A DNA stretch of 64,000 nt, taken from the NCBI GenBank assembly GCA_035703635.1, contig DASSXV010000044.1, positions 37,974-101,973 of the forward strand. The letters run 5' to 3'. The notes under the pieces were generated by a model. That model was not told the DNA's origin. It saw nothing but the letters and a program-made list of their open reading frames with translations, and did no database searches. A program made the translations under genes and the position numbers. This DNA is from Trueperaceae bacterium (GTDB lineage: Bacteria > Deinococcota > Deinococci > Deinococcales > Trueperaceae). Shown one piece after another: positions 20,260 through 29,525 of the stretch (position 1 is the first letter of the stretch; each line of letters opens with the position of its first letter).

Positions 20260-21315
20260 GGTCACGCCGAGACCGGGCCCAGTTGTCGGAAGTCGCTGCA
20301 CGCCAGCCACGGCGTCGAGGCGCTCCTCGATGACGTCCTCATCGCCCCAGTAACGGCTCGCGCTGGAGGTATCGCCAGGCAGGGTGTAGTTCTCGAGGGT
20401 GCTCATGTGGAGGTTATGGGCGCGGCCGACGCCTAGCTCGAGCATGCCGCCACACCACACGGGCGCGCCGAAGGCCAAGGCCACGTCGTGGACGCGCCGC
20501 GCCTCCAGGTGACCCCGCACGCGGCCGAGCTTGACGTTGATGACCCTGCCAGAGTCGAGCGCCAGGCCCTTGCGAGCGTCGGCGGCGGAGTGTACAGACT
20601 CGTCTAGACAGATGGGTGTGAGGAGGAGCGACTGCAGCTTGGCGTGGTCAACCAGGTCGTCGTGCGCTAGGGGTTGCTCGATGTAGTCGAGTCCCAACTC
20701 GTCTAGCTCGTGGAACACGCGCGCGTCCGTCAGGCGGTAGGCGCTATTGGCGTCGACCGTTAGGGCAGTGTCCGGCAGCGCGGCGCGAACGGCGCGCAGG
20801 GGTACTACGTCCCAACCGGGCTTGATCTTGAACTTCAGGCGCTTGTAGCCCTCGGCGACATGCCGTTCGGCCTCGGCGACGGTGGCTTGGGCCGAAGGCT
20901 GGATGCCTAGCGAGGCGCCAACGGCGATGCTCTCGCGCACCCCGCCGAGAAGCTGCCAGAGCGGCACACCGGCGGCCTTCGCTTGCAAGTCCCAGAACGC
21001 CATCTCGAGGGCGGCAACGGCCATGTTGTGGCCCCTAATGCCGCTGACGGCGTGTAACAACTGCGCGGGGGTGCTGAACTCCTTGCCGACGACGCGCGGC
21101 AAGATGAACTCCTCTAGGGCCGTCCAGGCGACAGAGGCGGTTTCGTAACTGTATCCGGGCACTCGGTTGGCCGTCACTTCGCCGTAACCGACCAAACCGC
21201 CCGAGCGCAGTACCAACAACACCTTGTGCAGGTCGCGCTCGACCCCGAAACTCGTCTCGAACCGGAACTTAAGGTCGACTGCGAGCTCTCGCAGCTCGAC
21301 GCTCTCGATCTTCAT
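20203..21315 (-). CDS. Enolase-superfamily o-succinylbenzoate synthase / N-succinylamino acid racemase family protein
   Basis: 370 aa with a MenC/NAAAR-like layout (KFKIKPGWD, LTVDANSAY, YIEQPL, CLDES metal/base motifs). Confidence 0.85.
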   Translation of the reverse strand: MKIESVELRELAVDLKFRFETSFGVERDLHKVLLVLRSGGLVGYGEVTANRVPGYSYETASVAWTALEEFILPRVVGKEFSTPAQLLHAVSGIRGHNMAVAALEMAFWDLQAKAAGVPLWQLLGGVRESIAVGASLGIQPSAQATVAEAERHVAEGYKRLKFKIKPGWDVVPLRAVRAALPDTALTVDANSAYRLTDARVFHELDELGLDYIEQPLAHDDLVDHAKLQSLLLTPICLDESVHSAADARKGLALDSGRVINVKLGRVRGHLEARRVHDVALAFGAPVWCGGMLELGVGRAHNLHMSTLENYTLPGDTSSASRYWGDEDVIEERLDAVAGVQRLPTTGPGLGVTLREDLVERFTVRRHLAAS

Positions 21316-21372
21316 GGGCAGGCCTCCGTTCGCCCAGCATAAGGCGGAACGGCCGCTCGAAGCTCATAGACC

Positions 21373-22368
21373 TCAGAACTCGTCAGGGAAGCGCATTTCC
21401 TCGCGCGACTTGGGTGGAGGCTGCTTGGGCGGTTGACGAGTAGCCCCGTTCCTCGCCCCTCCACTACTCCCCACCTCGGCTTCGGCCGCTGAGCCGGGCG
21501 GTTGGCGCCGCAACCAGCGCTCCCCCATCGCACTCGTCACGGCCGCGTCAGACGCCTCCGCGGCAGCGTGGCTGCGCTGCATGCGCGACACGCGGTACTC
21601 CTCGACTTGCCGCTTCAGGCTGTCCGCCCGCTCCAGCGCGGCGCGCGCCAACTCCTTGCGCTTCTCGCGGCGCCTGGCGGCAAGGAACGCCTGGCGTTCG
21701 CCTACCTTGCGCGCTTGCGATGCGAGGCGCGCGACGCGCTCCGTCCGGCTCTTCAACGCCTTGACGCGGTAACTCTGCTCCCACGGCTCCCACTCGAGGG
21801 GCGCGACTAGGCGGAACGTCTTGCCCTTCAGGCGGTTGCTGTAAAGGTAAAGCTCTAGCACACCTGCCTCGCCTGCCAGGTCGCCGAGCTCCGCCGTAAC
21901 GTCGACGGCCCCGTTCGGTGGCACGACGGCGCCAGCCTCCGCCACGATCGGCAACTTGCCGCCGCGCGCGTGCACCGCCAGCTCGATGAGCTGCACCGGG
22001 TAAGGGTTCAAGTTCGAAAGGGCGAGCTTGAGGTGGTGAGGAACCCGCGGCGGCGTTACCGTTGTGGTGGCGCCAAGGGCGCCGGGAAAGGCGTAAACGC
22101 GGTCAACGCTCTCTTCAGGCCCGACCCGAATCTCGCCGTGCGAGATCATCATCTCCGGCAGCCCGCCGGTGCGCCCCCTCCGCCGCCTCTTGAACAACGG
22201 GATGGCGAGGATCACGACGAGCGCGAACGCCAGCCATGTCAACGTCGTCCACTGCCGCGGGTCGAGAACGAGACCTTGCAAGCCGCCAAGTACGCCAGTC
22301 AGCCACACCGCGAAGGCGGCGAATGTATCGGCCACGGCGTTCCAAGCTATCTCCAAAAAGCGCAACAT
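21373..22368 (-). CDS. Hypothetical membrane-anchored protein with a basic coiled-coil C-terminal region
   Basis: Start placed at MLRFLEIAW (ATG 22368, AGGTGG SD). Two N-terminal TM helices, a soluble beta-rich middle, and an Arg/Lys/Glu-rich helical region. No known motif. Confidence 0.55.
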   Translation of the reverse strand: MLRFLEIAWNAVADTFAAFAVWLTGVLGGLQGLVLDPRQWTTLTWLAFALVVILAIPLFKRRRRGRTGGLPEMMISHGEIRVGPEESVDRVYAFPGALGATTTVTPPRVPHHLKLALSNLNPYPVQLIELAVHARGGKLPIVAEAGAVVPPNGAVDVTAELGDLAGEAGVLELYLYSNRLKGKTFRLVAPLEWEPWEQSYRVKALKSRTERVARLASQARKVGERQAFLAARRREKRKELARAALERADSLKRQVEEYRVSRMQRSHAAAEASDAAVTSAMGERWLRRQPPGSAAEAEVGSSGGARNGATRQPPKQPPPKSREEMRFPDEF

Positions 22369-22473
22369 CCACCTACATTCTGACCCTAGTCTTCTAAACT
22401 TGGAGTCTAGCGGCGAACATCGTGAGAACCTTGCGCGGCCCGCCACCCGCGCTCGCGGCGGTAGCATCTCACC

Positions 22474-23193
22474 GTGGGCCCGCAGCAGGTAAGCACTATC
22501 GTCACGGCGGACGGTTCCCGCACTCTCGTGAACGCGCGCGGCGAGGGCTACAAGTCGCGCCACGGCGCCCTTGCGGAAGCGCGCGCCGTCTACCTCGAGG
22601 GGAGCGGCGCCGCCGCGCGCCTAGCCGTCGGGCGGCCGCTGAGCGTGCTGGAGGTCGGTTTCGGGGCGGGCCTCAACTTTCTCGCCACCGCCGCCGCGGC
22701 CGAGGCCGGCACCGCCGCGCTCGATTACCGTGCGCTCGAGCTGGCTCCTCCCCAGGCCGAGACCCTCGCCGCGCTGGGTTATGCGGAGCTGCTCGCCCCC
22801 TCGCCAGTGCCTGCCGCGCTCGTAGCTTGGCGCGCGAGTTTCGGCGAGACCATGGCGAGTGGGTGGCACGAGTTCGCGCACGGCAAGGTGACCCTGAAGC
22901 TGTTCGTCGGCGACGCCCTCGGCACTACTTGGGGCGAGGATGACACTTGGCGCGTAGACGCCGTCTACCACGATGCCTTCAGCCCAGCCGAGCTGCCAGA
23001 ACTGTGGACCGAGGCGTTCCTATCGCGCTTAGCCGCTCGCCTTACGCCGGGCGGCGCCATCGTGAGCTTCAGCGTGGCGGGACCCGTCAGGCGCGCACTA
23101 GCGGCAGTCGGCTTGAAGGTCAAGAAAGTAGCGGGGCCGCCAGGAGGCAAGCGTGAAGTGCTAGTAGCCAGCATGCCCGTCCCCACCCCATGA
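22474..23193 (+). CDS. MnmC methyltransferase-domain-like (MnmD/DUF752) SAM-dependent tRNA methyltransferase
   Basis: TADGSRTLVN..GEGYKSRHGALAEARAVYL, VLEVGFGAGLNF (SAM motif I), DAVYHDAFSPAELPELWT are DUF752/MnmC(m) hallmarks. Confidence 0.75.
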   Translation: MGPQQVSTIVTADGSRTLVNARGEGYKSRHGALAEARAVYLEGSGAAARLAVGRPLSVLEVGFGAGLNFLATAAAAEAGTAALDYRALELAPPQAETLAALGYAELLAPSPVPAALVAWRASFGETMASGWHEFAHGKVTLKLFVGDALGTTWGEDDTWRVDAVYHDAFSPAELPELWTEAFLSRLAARLTPGGAIVSFSVAGPVRRALAAVGLKVKKVAGPPGGKREVLVASMPVPTP

Positions 23194-24218
23194 CCGCCGC
23201 GACAACGGCACTCCACGACGTGATCGTGGTCGGCGGCGGCGTCGCGGGAGCCACCCTCAACCTCATGACCGCCCGCGCCGGCCTCGATACGCTGCTCCTC
23301 GACGAGGGCTTGACCCATGCCAGCGGCGCGTCCAGCGTTCCTGCCGCGCTTCTCAACGCGCACCGTGGCCGTAGCGGGCGCGCCTCCGCCGCGGACCTAG
23401 CCGGCCTTGCCGACTTCTGGGACCTCACCAGGGGCTTGGAGGCGCTGGGCTTCGCCACCGGAGCGTTCACGAGCGGCGTGATCCGCATCGCGGACAACCC
23501 CAAGCAAGCGCGGGCCTGGCAACGCGTTGCCGCAGGGACCTGGCTCGAACCTAACGACGTGCCTGCCGCCTACCACGCACCGTTCGGGGCGCTACTGCTG
23601 GCCACGGGAGGTTGGGTGGCGCCAAGCAAGTTGCTAGCTGCCCTCGAGGCCGCAGCTAAGGGCTACGGAGGTGCAACGCGGCGAGGCGTGCGTGTCGACT
23701 CTCTCGTCGAGGAAGCCAGCTTCGTGACCGTGGCTACGAGCGCGGGCCAACTGCGTGCGCGGCGCGTAGTCCTCTGCCTCGGTGCGGCGCGACCGCCGCA
23801 CATCAGGCTGCCGCAACTCGAGACCATCTGGGGCGAGGCGCTCGTGCTGACAGGCGCCGTGACCGCGCCCTACCCCGTAGCCGGGGCTGTCGTGGCCGCC
23901 TTCGAACATGGCACCGTCTACGTGAGTGGCGGCCACTCGAGCAGCGAGCCGCCAGAGCGCCAGGGCGCCGCCGCGCTGGGCGGCAACCGTCACCCCCTCC
24001 AACGCGCGTTGGCCTGGCAGGTGCCGGCGGTTGACGACGCCACCGCCTTCCGTCACTGGCAGGGCGCGCGGGCGAAGCGCCGGTCAGGTGAACCTGTCGC
24101 TCGGCGGCTTACGAAAGGGACTTACTACTTCGGGGCGTTAGGCGGCAGGGGTTTCCTGCGCGCAGCAACCCTTGCCACGGCGTTGGCTGCCCGCCTGCAC
24201 GAAGAGTTGACGCGCTGA
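23190..24218 (+). CDS. FAD-dependent oxidoreductase (DAO family), MnmC oxidase-domain-like
   Basis: HDVIVVGGGVAGATL dinucleotide-binding motif. 342 aa. ATGA overlap with the upstream methyltransferase gene. Confidence 0.7.
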   Translation: MTAATTALHDVIVVGGGVAGATLNLMTARAGLDTLLLDEGLTHASGASSVPAALLNAHRGRSGRASAADLAGLADFWDLTRGLEALGFATGAFTSGVIRIADNPKQARAWQRVAAGTWLEPNDVPAAYHAPFGALLLATGGWVAPSKLLAALEAAAKGYGGATRRGVRVDSLVEEASFVTVATSAGQLRARRVVLCLGAARPPHIRLPQLETIWGEALVLTGAVTAPYPVAGAVVAAFEHGTVYVSGGHSSSEPPERQGAAALGGNRHPLQRALAWQVPAVDDATAFRHWQGARAKRRSGEPVARRLTKGTYYFGALGGRGFLRAATLATALAARLHEELTR

Positions 24219-24219
24219 C

Positions 24220-24609
24220 TCAGGCGACAGCGACTTCGAACAGTTCGTCCGCGAGGCGGAAGAGCATCTCCTTCGTGAAGCGCCGCGGTCCCTCGGCCAA
24301 GCCACTGCCGTCTTTGGCGAGCGTTAGCTTGCGGTAGACGTGCGACTCGAACGGGTGCAGCACGACTTCCTTGAAGACGGACGCGCGCTGGCTGGCGGTA
24401 ACGACGAGCACGGGATCGTCCGCCTGGCTCGAGAGGCTGGCCGTCATGACTGTGGTTGGCAGGTCGTACGGGCGCGCCATGCGGTAGATGTAGTCGGTGA
24501 AGTCGGCCTGCTTCACGAACCTGACGCCCTCATTCTGGGCGGCGTACTCTCGCAACCACTCGAGAAGTTCGGCCCACGCCTGGTAGAACGCCTTGTCGCT
24601 CTCGGTCAT
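24220..24609 (-). CDS. Hypothetical protein (129 aa), no recognisable domain
   Basis: Protein-like composition. ATGA coupling to the upstream HAD gene. Its stop lies 1 nt from the converging oxidoreductase stop. Confidence 0.55.
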   Translation of the reverse strand: MTESDKAFYQAWAELLEWLREYAAQNEGVRFVKQADFTDYIYRMARPYDLPTTVMTASLSSQADDPVLVVTASQRASVFKEVVLHPFESHVYRKLTLAKDGSGLAEGPRRFTKEMLFRLADELFEVAVA

Positions 24610-25283
24610 GAGGACATTGTACTCGGCTGCGCTAGCAGGCGGCCGACCTCGGCGAGGTCACGCGCTTGCGATGCGCCCCGTGGCAATGGGCCGTCTAGCC
24701 TGCCGACGTGAATGGCGCCCAAGCCGTACTCGAGCGCGCCCGCCATGTCCGCGTCTAGGTCGTCACCCACCATGACGACGTCCTCCGGCACGACCTCGAG
24801 CGCAGTGCATGCTAGGGAGAACATGCGCGGCGCCGGCTTGCGCGCCGCAACGTCGCGGTCGCCAGACACTAGTACAGCCCGGAAGTGGCCCGCTAGACCA
24901 AGCGCTTCGAGAGCGGCCCGTTGCATGTCGTCTGGACCGTTGGTCAGAAGCGCGAGCTTCACCCCACTGGCGTCGAGTCGTGCCAGCAGCTCGGCCGCGC
25001 CAGGCAGCGGCCGGTAATCGGCCGCGTACGCCGCCACGGCGCCGCTAGCGAGGTCGGCTAGGTCGCTCGGAGGGCGTTGCTGCAGGCGCTCGAGCACGCG
25101 CCGCAGCACGAGTTCGAACGTCAGGTGGCCATCTTGTTCCAACTCGGTCGACACGAGCCGCGTGAAAGCGTTCATGTCGCACTGATGGAGGCCAAGCTCG
25201 TTGCGCACTAGCGCTACGAAGGCGGAGAAGTCGGAGGCGTAGCGCCCCAACGTGTCGTCAAGGTCGAAACAGACCGCTTTCAT
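24606..25283 (-). CDS. HAD-superfamily hydrolase
   Basis: MKAVCFDLDDTL (motif I DxD), LLTNG (motif II), GDDLDADMAGA (motif IV). Confidence 0.85.
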   Translation of the reverse strand: MKAVCFDLDDTLGRYASDFSAFVALVRNELGLHQCDMNAFTRLVSTELEQDGHLTFELVLRRVLERLQQRPPSDLADLASGAVAAYAADYRPLPGAAELLARLDASGVKLALLTNGPDDMQRAALEALGLAGHFRAVLVSGDRDVAARKPAPRMFSLACTALEVVPEDVVMVGDDLDADMAGALEYGLGAIHVGRLDGPLPRGASQARDLAEVGRLLAQPSTMSS

Positions 25284-25337
25284 GGTTCTTTCAGCCTACA
25301 CCCAGACCGGCGCGCCGCGGCGCCTAGTGCGGCGGTA

Positions 25338-27653
25338 TTGCCCATCCTGACGCAACGTCTCTCCCCGAGAGGACCGCCGTGCGAGCCTAGGTTATGCTCC
25401 GAACTCGTGTTGGAAGCCGACCTGCTAGCCCCCCTCAACGAAGAGCAACGGAGCGCCGTCGTGCACCTAGAGGGTCCCGCGCTCGTGCTGGCTGGCGCTG
25501 GTTCGGGCAAGACGCGCACTGTCGTGCACCGCATCGCTTACCTCCTTAGTCACCACGGCGTGCTACCGCAACAGGTCCTCGCCGTCACCTTCACGAACAA
25601 GGCAGCTGGCGAGTTGAGGGAGCGCGTTCAGGAACTCATCGGCCCGCCCGGCCGCGACCTGTGGGTCAGCACCTTCCACAGCGCCTGCCTGAGGGTGCTG
25701 CGCACCTACGGGGAGCGTATCGGCCTCAAACCCGGTTTCGCCATCTACGACGACGGTGACCAGCTTGACATCCTCAAGGACATCCTCGGCACCGTGAACG
25801 GCCTGACAGAGGCCAACCCACGCGCGCTGCGCTCCGTCATCGACCGCGCCAAGTCCAACTTGTGGACGTCGGAGACTTTCGCCAGCGAGGGGCAACGCGT
25901 GTGGGGGCCGCTCGTCTCAGGCTTGCCTATCGAGTTGATCGCCGAGGTCTACCAGCGCTACCAAGCGCGCCTTGCTGCCGCGAACGCCGTCGATTTCAAC
26001 GACATCCTCGGCCGCACCGTCGAGCTCTTCGACGAGCACCCGGACACGCTCGAGCGCGTGCAGCAACGCGCCGTCTTCATTCACGTCGACGAGTATCAGG
26101 ACACCAACGCCGCGCAGTACCGCCTCACCAACCAGTTGGCGAGCACGTACGAGAACCTCATGGTGGTAGGCGACCCTGACCAGAGCATCTACGCCTTCCG
26201 CGGCGCGGACGTGCGCAACATCCTCGACTTCAGGGCAGATCACCCAGCCGCCGCCGTCTACCGTCTCGAGCTCAACTACCGCTCAGTCGGCAGCGTGCTC
26301 AAGGTCGCCAACGCCATCATCGGCCACAACAAGGGCCGCATCGAGAAGAGCCTGAGGCCGGTCAAGGGTGAGGGCGAGCAGGTGCGCATCTACCGCGCCG
26401 CGGACCACCGCGCTGAGGCCGACTTCGTGGCGCGCACCATCGAGCGCATTCGAGCGGAGCGCGACTTGCCTTTCGAGGCGTTCGCCGTCCTGTACCGCAC
26501 GAACTCACAGTCGCGCGTCATGGAAGAGGCGCTGCGGCGTGCGTCCATCCCAGGCCGCATCGTAGGTGGCGTCGGCTTCTACGACCGGCGTGAGGTCAAG
26601 GACGTGTTGGCGTACGCCCGCGCCGCGCTCAACCCCGCGGACGACGTGGCGTGGCGCCGCGTACTCAACCGGCCCAAGCGTGGCATCGGCAACACCAGCG
26701 AGGAGCGGCTGGTGGCGTGGGCAGTGCGCAACGGGCGACCGTTCTCGGCCGCATGCAGGGAAGCCAACGACATCCTAGCTGGCACTCCCGGCGCCAAGCG
26801 GGTCGCCGACTTCGTGCAGCTCATGGACGACCTCGCTGCCGCCGCGGACGAGCTGCCCGCCGCGAACTTCCTCAAGTTCGTCTACGACGCCTCCGGTTAC
26901 ATCACGGCCCTCAAGACCGAGGGCACGCATGAGTCAGAGGGCCGCATCGAGAACCTCGAGGAGCTCCTCTCGGCCATCACTGAGTGGCAGGAAGAGCAAG
27001 GCGGCTCCATCGCCGACTTCCTAGACGAGGCCGCGCTGCTTGGCAGCAACGACGACCGCGCCGTCGAAGCCGTCAACGGCGAGAAGGTCGACGACGCCGT
27101 CACCCTCATGACGCTCCACAACGCCAAGGGGCTCGAGTTTCCCGTCGTGTTCCTCGTCGGCATGGAGGAGGGACTCATCCCGCACCGTAGCTCCACCGGC
27201 TCACTGCCAGAGATCGAGGAGGAGCGGCGGCTGCTTTACGTCGGCGTTACCCGCGCTCAAGAGGAGCTCTACCTAGTCCATTGCGAGGCGCGCATGACTT
27301 TCGGCCGCACCGAGCCGGCGCGTCCGAGTCGTTTCCTGGAGGACATCCCGCGCGACATGCTGATGGAGACGGATGTCTTCGGTCAGCAGTTCGCTGGCGC
27401 GCTCGCGGCCAGCAAGTTCTCGCGCGACGTCTGGAAACCGCCGACGGCCCCAGCCGCCGCCGACGCTGGCGGTGCGGGCGCCAAGGGCGGACTCACCCTG
27501 CGTGGCGGTGAGCGCGTCAAGCACCCCAAGTTCGGCGTCGGCACCGTCGTCGGCGTAAGCGGCGAGGGCGCACGCGCCGAGGTGACCGTCGTCTTCGAGA
27601 GCGCGGGCGCCAAGCGCCTCCTCGTCAAGTTCGCCGGCCTCTCCCCAGCCTGA
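25338..27653 (+). CDS. pcrA: ATP-dependent DNA helicase PcrA/UvrD
   Basis: LNEEQRSAV, AGAGSGKT, VDEYQDTN, TLHNAKGLEF and VGVTRA helicase motifs, plus a C-terminal Tudor-like tail (VKHPKFGVGTVV). The true start may be the in-frame GTG at 25407. Confidence 0.93.
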   Translation: MPILTQRLSPRGPPCEPRLCSELVLEADLLAPLNEEQRSAVVHLEGPALVLAGAGSGKTRTVVHRIAYLLSHHGVLPQQVLAVTFTNKAAGELRERVQELIGPPGRDLWVSTFHSACLRVLRTYGERIGLKPGFAIYDDGDQLDILKDILGTVNGLTEANPRALRSVIDRAKSNLWTSETFASEGQRVWGPLVSGLPIELIAEVYQRYQARLAAANAVDFNDILGRTVELFDEHPDTLERVQQRAVFIHVDEYQDTNAAQYRLTNQLASTYENLMVVGDPDQSIYAFRGADVRNILDFRADHPAAAVYRLELNYRSVGSVLKVANAIIGHNKGRIEKSLRPVKGEGEQVRIYRAADHRAEADFVARTIERIRAERDLPFEAFAVLYRTNSQSRVMEEALRRASIPGRIVGGVGFYDRREVKDVLAYARAALNPADDVAWRRVLNRPKRGIGNTSEERLVAWAVRNGRPFSAACREANDILAGTPGAKRVADFVQLMDDLAAAADELPAANFLKFVYDASGYITALKTEGTHESEGRIENLEELLSAITEWQEEQGGSIADFLDEAALLGSNDDRAVEAVNGEKVDDAVTLMTLHNAKGLEFPVVFLVGMEEGLIPHRSSTGSLPEIEEERRLLYVGVTRAQEELYLVHCEARMTFGRTEPARPSRFLEDIPRDMLMETDVFGQQFAGALAASKFSRDVWKPPTAPAAADAGGAGAKGGLTLRGGERVKHPKFGVGTVVGVSGEGARAEVTVVFESAGAKRLLVKFAGLSPA

Positions 27654-27759
27654 TGCCTGCGCCATGCGAGCGCACGACCTCACCGGGCATTAACCTGGCG
27701 CGGCGGGAGCGGATGGTATGCTCCCCCCAGCCTAGTAACCACCCAGAAGGAGTAAGACT

Positions 27760-28569
27760 GTGAACGCGAAAGCTATCGTGGTGACGTCCGGCAAGGGCGG
27801 GGTAGGAAAAACCACCACTACCGCTAACGTAGGAGCGGCGCTGGCGCGCTTGGGTGAGAAGGTCTGCGTCGTCGACACTGACGTCGGCCTGCGCAACCTT
27901 GACGTGGTGATGGGCTTAGAAGGTCGGGTCGTTTACGACCTCATAGACGTGTTCGAGGGCCGCTGCAAGCTCAGGCAGGCCATCATCCGCGACAAGCGCG
28001 TAGACACGCTGCACCTCCTAGCCACCTCCCAAACCCGTGACAAGTCCGCGCTGTCCGAGTCGCGCATGAAGGACGCCGTGCGCGCGCTCCTCGAAGAGGA
28101 GGGCTTCGACAGGGTGCTCATCGATAGCCCAGCAGGCATCGAGTCAGGCTTCCAGACTGCCGCCAGCGCCGCCACCGGCGCTCTCGTCGTCGTCAACCCG
28201 GAAGTCTCCAGCGTGCGTGACGCCGACCGCATCATCGGCCTCCTCGAAGCTCGCGAGATCCCAGAGGTGCGCCTCATCGTCAACCGCCTCCGACCCGAGA
28301 TGGTCAAGCGCGGCGACATGCTTGAAGTCAGCGACGTTCTCGACATCTTGGGCGTCAAGCTCATCGGCATCGTGCCTGAGGACGAACGCATCCTCATTTC
28401 CACCAACGTCGGCAACCCCGCCTCACTTGATGAGGGACCCAAGGTAGCTGCCGGCGCCGCGTTCCGCGACATCGCCAAGCGCATAAGGGGAGACGACGTG
28501 GCCTACCCCTCGTACGACCAGCCTAGCGGCTTCCTCGCCTCGCTTAGGCGCCTCTTCGGAGCGAACTGA
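27760..28569 (+). CDS. minD: Septum site-determining ATPase MinD
   Basis: IVVTSGKGGVGKTT deviant Walker A, DSPAGIE, C-terminal amphipathic helix (GFLASLRRLFG). GTG start after GAAGGAG. Confidence 0.93.
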   Translation: MNAKAIVVTSGKGGVGKTTTTANVGAALARLGEKVCVVDTDVGLRNLDVVMGLEGRVVYDLIDVFEGRCKLRQAIIRDKRVDTLHLLATSQTRDKSALSESRMKDAVRALLEEEGFDRVLIDSPAGIESGFQTAASAATGALVVVNPEVSSVRDADRIIGLLEAREIPEVRLIVNRLRPEMVKRGDMLEVSDVLDILGVKLIGIVPEDERILISTNVGNPASLDEGPKVAAGAAFRDIAKRIRGDDVAYPSYDQPSGFLASLRRLFGAN

Positions 28570-28808
28570 TGTTTCAAGGTCTGTTCGGTCGCCGCAAGAG
28601 CAAGGATGAACTCAAGGAGCGCCTCAAGCTCGTACTCTCATACGACCGCGCCAAGATCAGCCCGGCGAACATGGACGCCCTGAAGCGCGAGCTCGTTACG
28701 GTCATCAAGAAGTACTTCCCGTCTGACGACGGCGACCTTGACGTCAAGGTCGAGCAGCAGGGCGACCGCGTGGTGCTGATGGCCAACTTGCCGGTACCGC
28801 GCGGCTGA
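28569..28808 (+). CDS. minE: Cell division topological specificity factor MinE
   Basis: 79 aa, MFQGLFGRRKSKDELKERLKLVLSYDR, typical MinE N-terminus. TGATG overlap with minD. Confidence 0.88.
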   Translation: MFQGLFGRRKSKDELKERLKLVLSYDRAKISPANMDALKRELVTVIKKYFPSDDGDLDVKVEQQGDRVVLMANLPVPRG

Positions 28809-28844
28809 GGCAGCGCATACGACGCTGGGAGGTTTCGGTTCCGC

Positions 28845-29510
28845 ATGAGTGATCGCTTCGACGTCTTGCTGGTCGAGCCAGACGAGTTGCAGCGGCAACT
28901 TATCGACGTGCTCCTCAGCGATGCTCGCATTCACATAGCAGAAGTCACCACGGCCCGCGAAGCGCTCGAACACTTGCGCGGCGCAACGCCAGACCTCGCG
29001 ATCGTGGCGGCGGAGTTGCCTGACCTCGACGGCTTCGCGTTAGCCACCCGCATCAAGCGCGTGGCTCGCCTCTCCGGCATGCCCATGATCGTCACGGCAG
29101 ACCCTGACGCCGGTTCGGGGCTGTCACCCCGCCTGCGTTTCCGTGGCGAGGAGGCGCACGTCGACCTCGTTCTCCCCCGCCCGCTCGGCGACAAGAACCT
29201 CAAAGAGCGTGCCATGCGCCTCATGCTCACACGCGGCGAGCCGGCGCCCAGCGTTCAAGACCGCGCGCTGCGCAGTACCGTCGCGCTTGATGAGGCCATC
29301 GAGAACCTGGGGCATCACACTCTCCCCCGCTCCACGGCGGCCGACACGATCGCGGAGCCAGCTAGCCCGGCCCGCGCTCACCTACAGCGTGCGGAGCTCA
29401 AGGCCCTGGAGCGCGAGAACCTAGCGTTGAGACGCGAGAACGAAGAGTTGCGCGCCACCATTGCCCAACTCAAGCGCCAACTTCCCGGCGGCAGGAACAC
29501 GCGCAGCTGA
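28845..29510 (+). CDS. Degenerate receiver (pseudo-REC) domain protein with a C-terminal coiled coil
   Basis: CheY-like (beta-alpha)5 pattern (DVLLVEPDE...PDLAIVAAELPDLDG...PMIVTAD...). The phospho-acceptor and partner acidic/Lys positions are substituted. C-terminus has the heptad-like LKALERENLALRRENEELRATIAQLKRQL. Confidence 0.6.
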   Translation: MSDRFDVLLVEPDELQRQLIDVLLSDARIHIAEVTTAREALEHLRGATPDLAIVAAELPDLDGFALATRIKRVARLSGMPMIVTADPDAGSGLSPRLRFRGEEAHVDLVLPRPLGDKNLKERAMRLMLTRGEPAPSVQDRALRSTVALDEAIENLGHHTLPRSTAADTIAEPASPARAHLQRAELKALERENLALRRENEELRATIAQLKRQLPGGRNTRS

Positions 29511-29525
29511 TCGGTCGTTGAGGTT

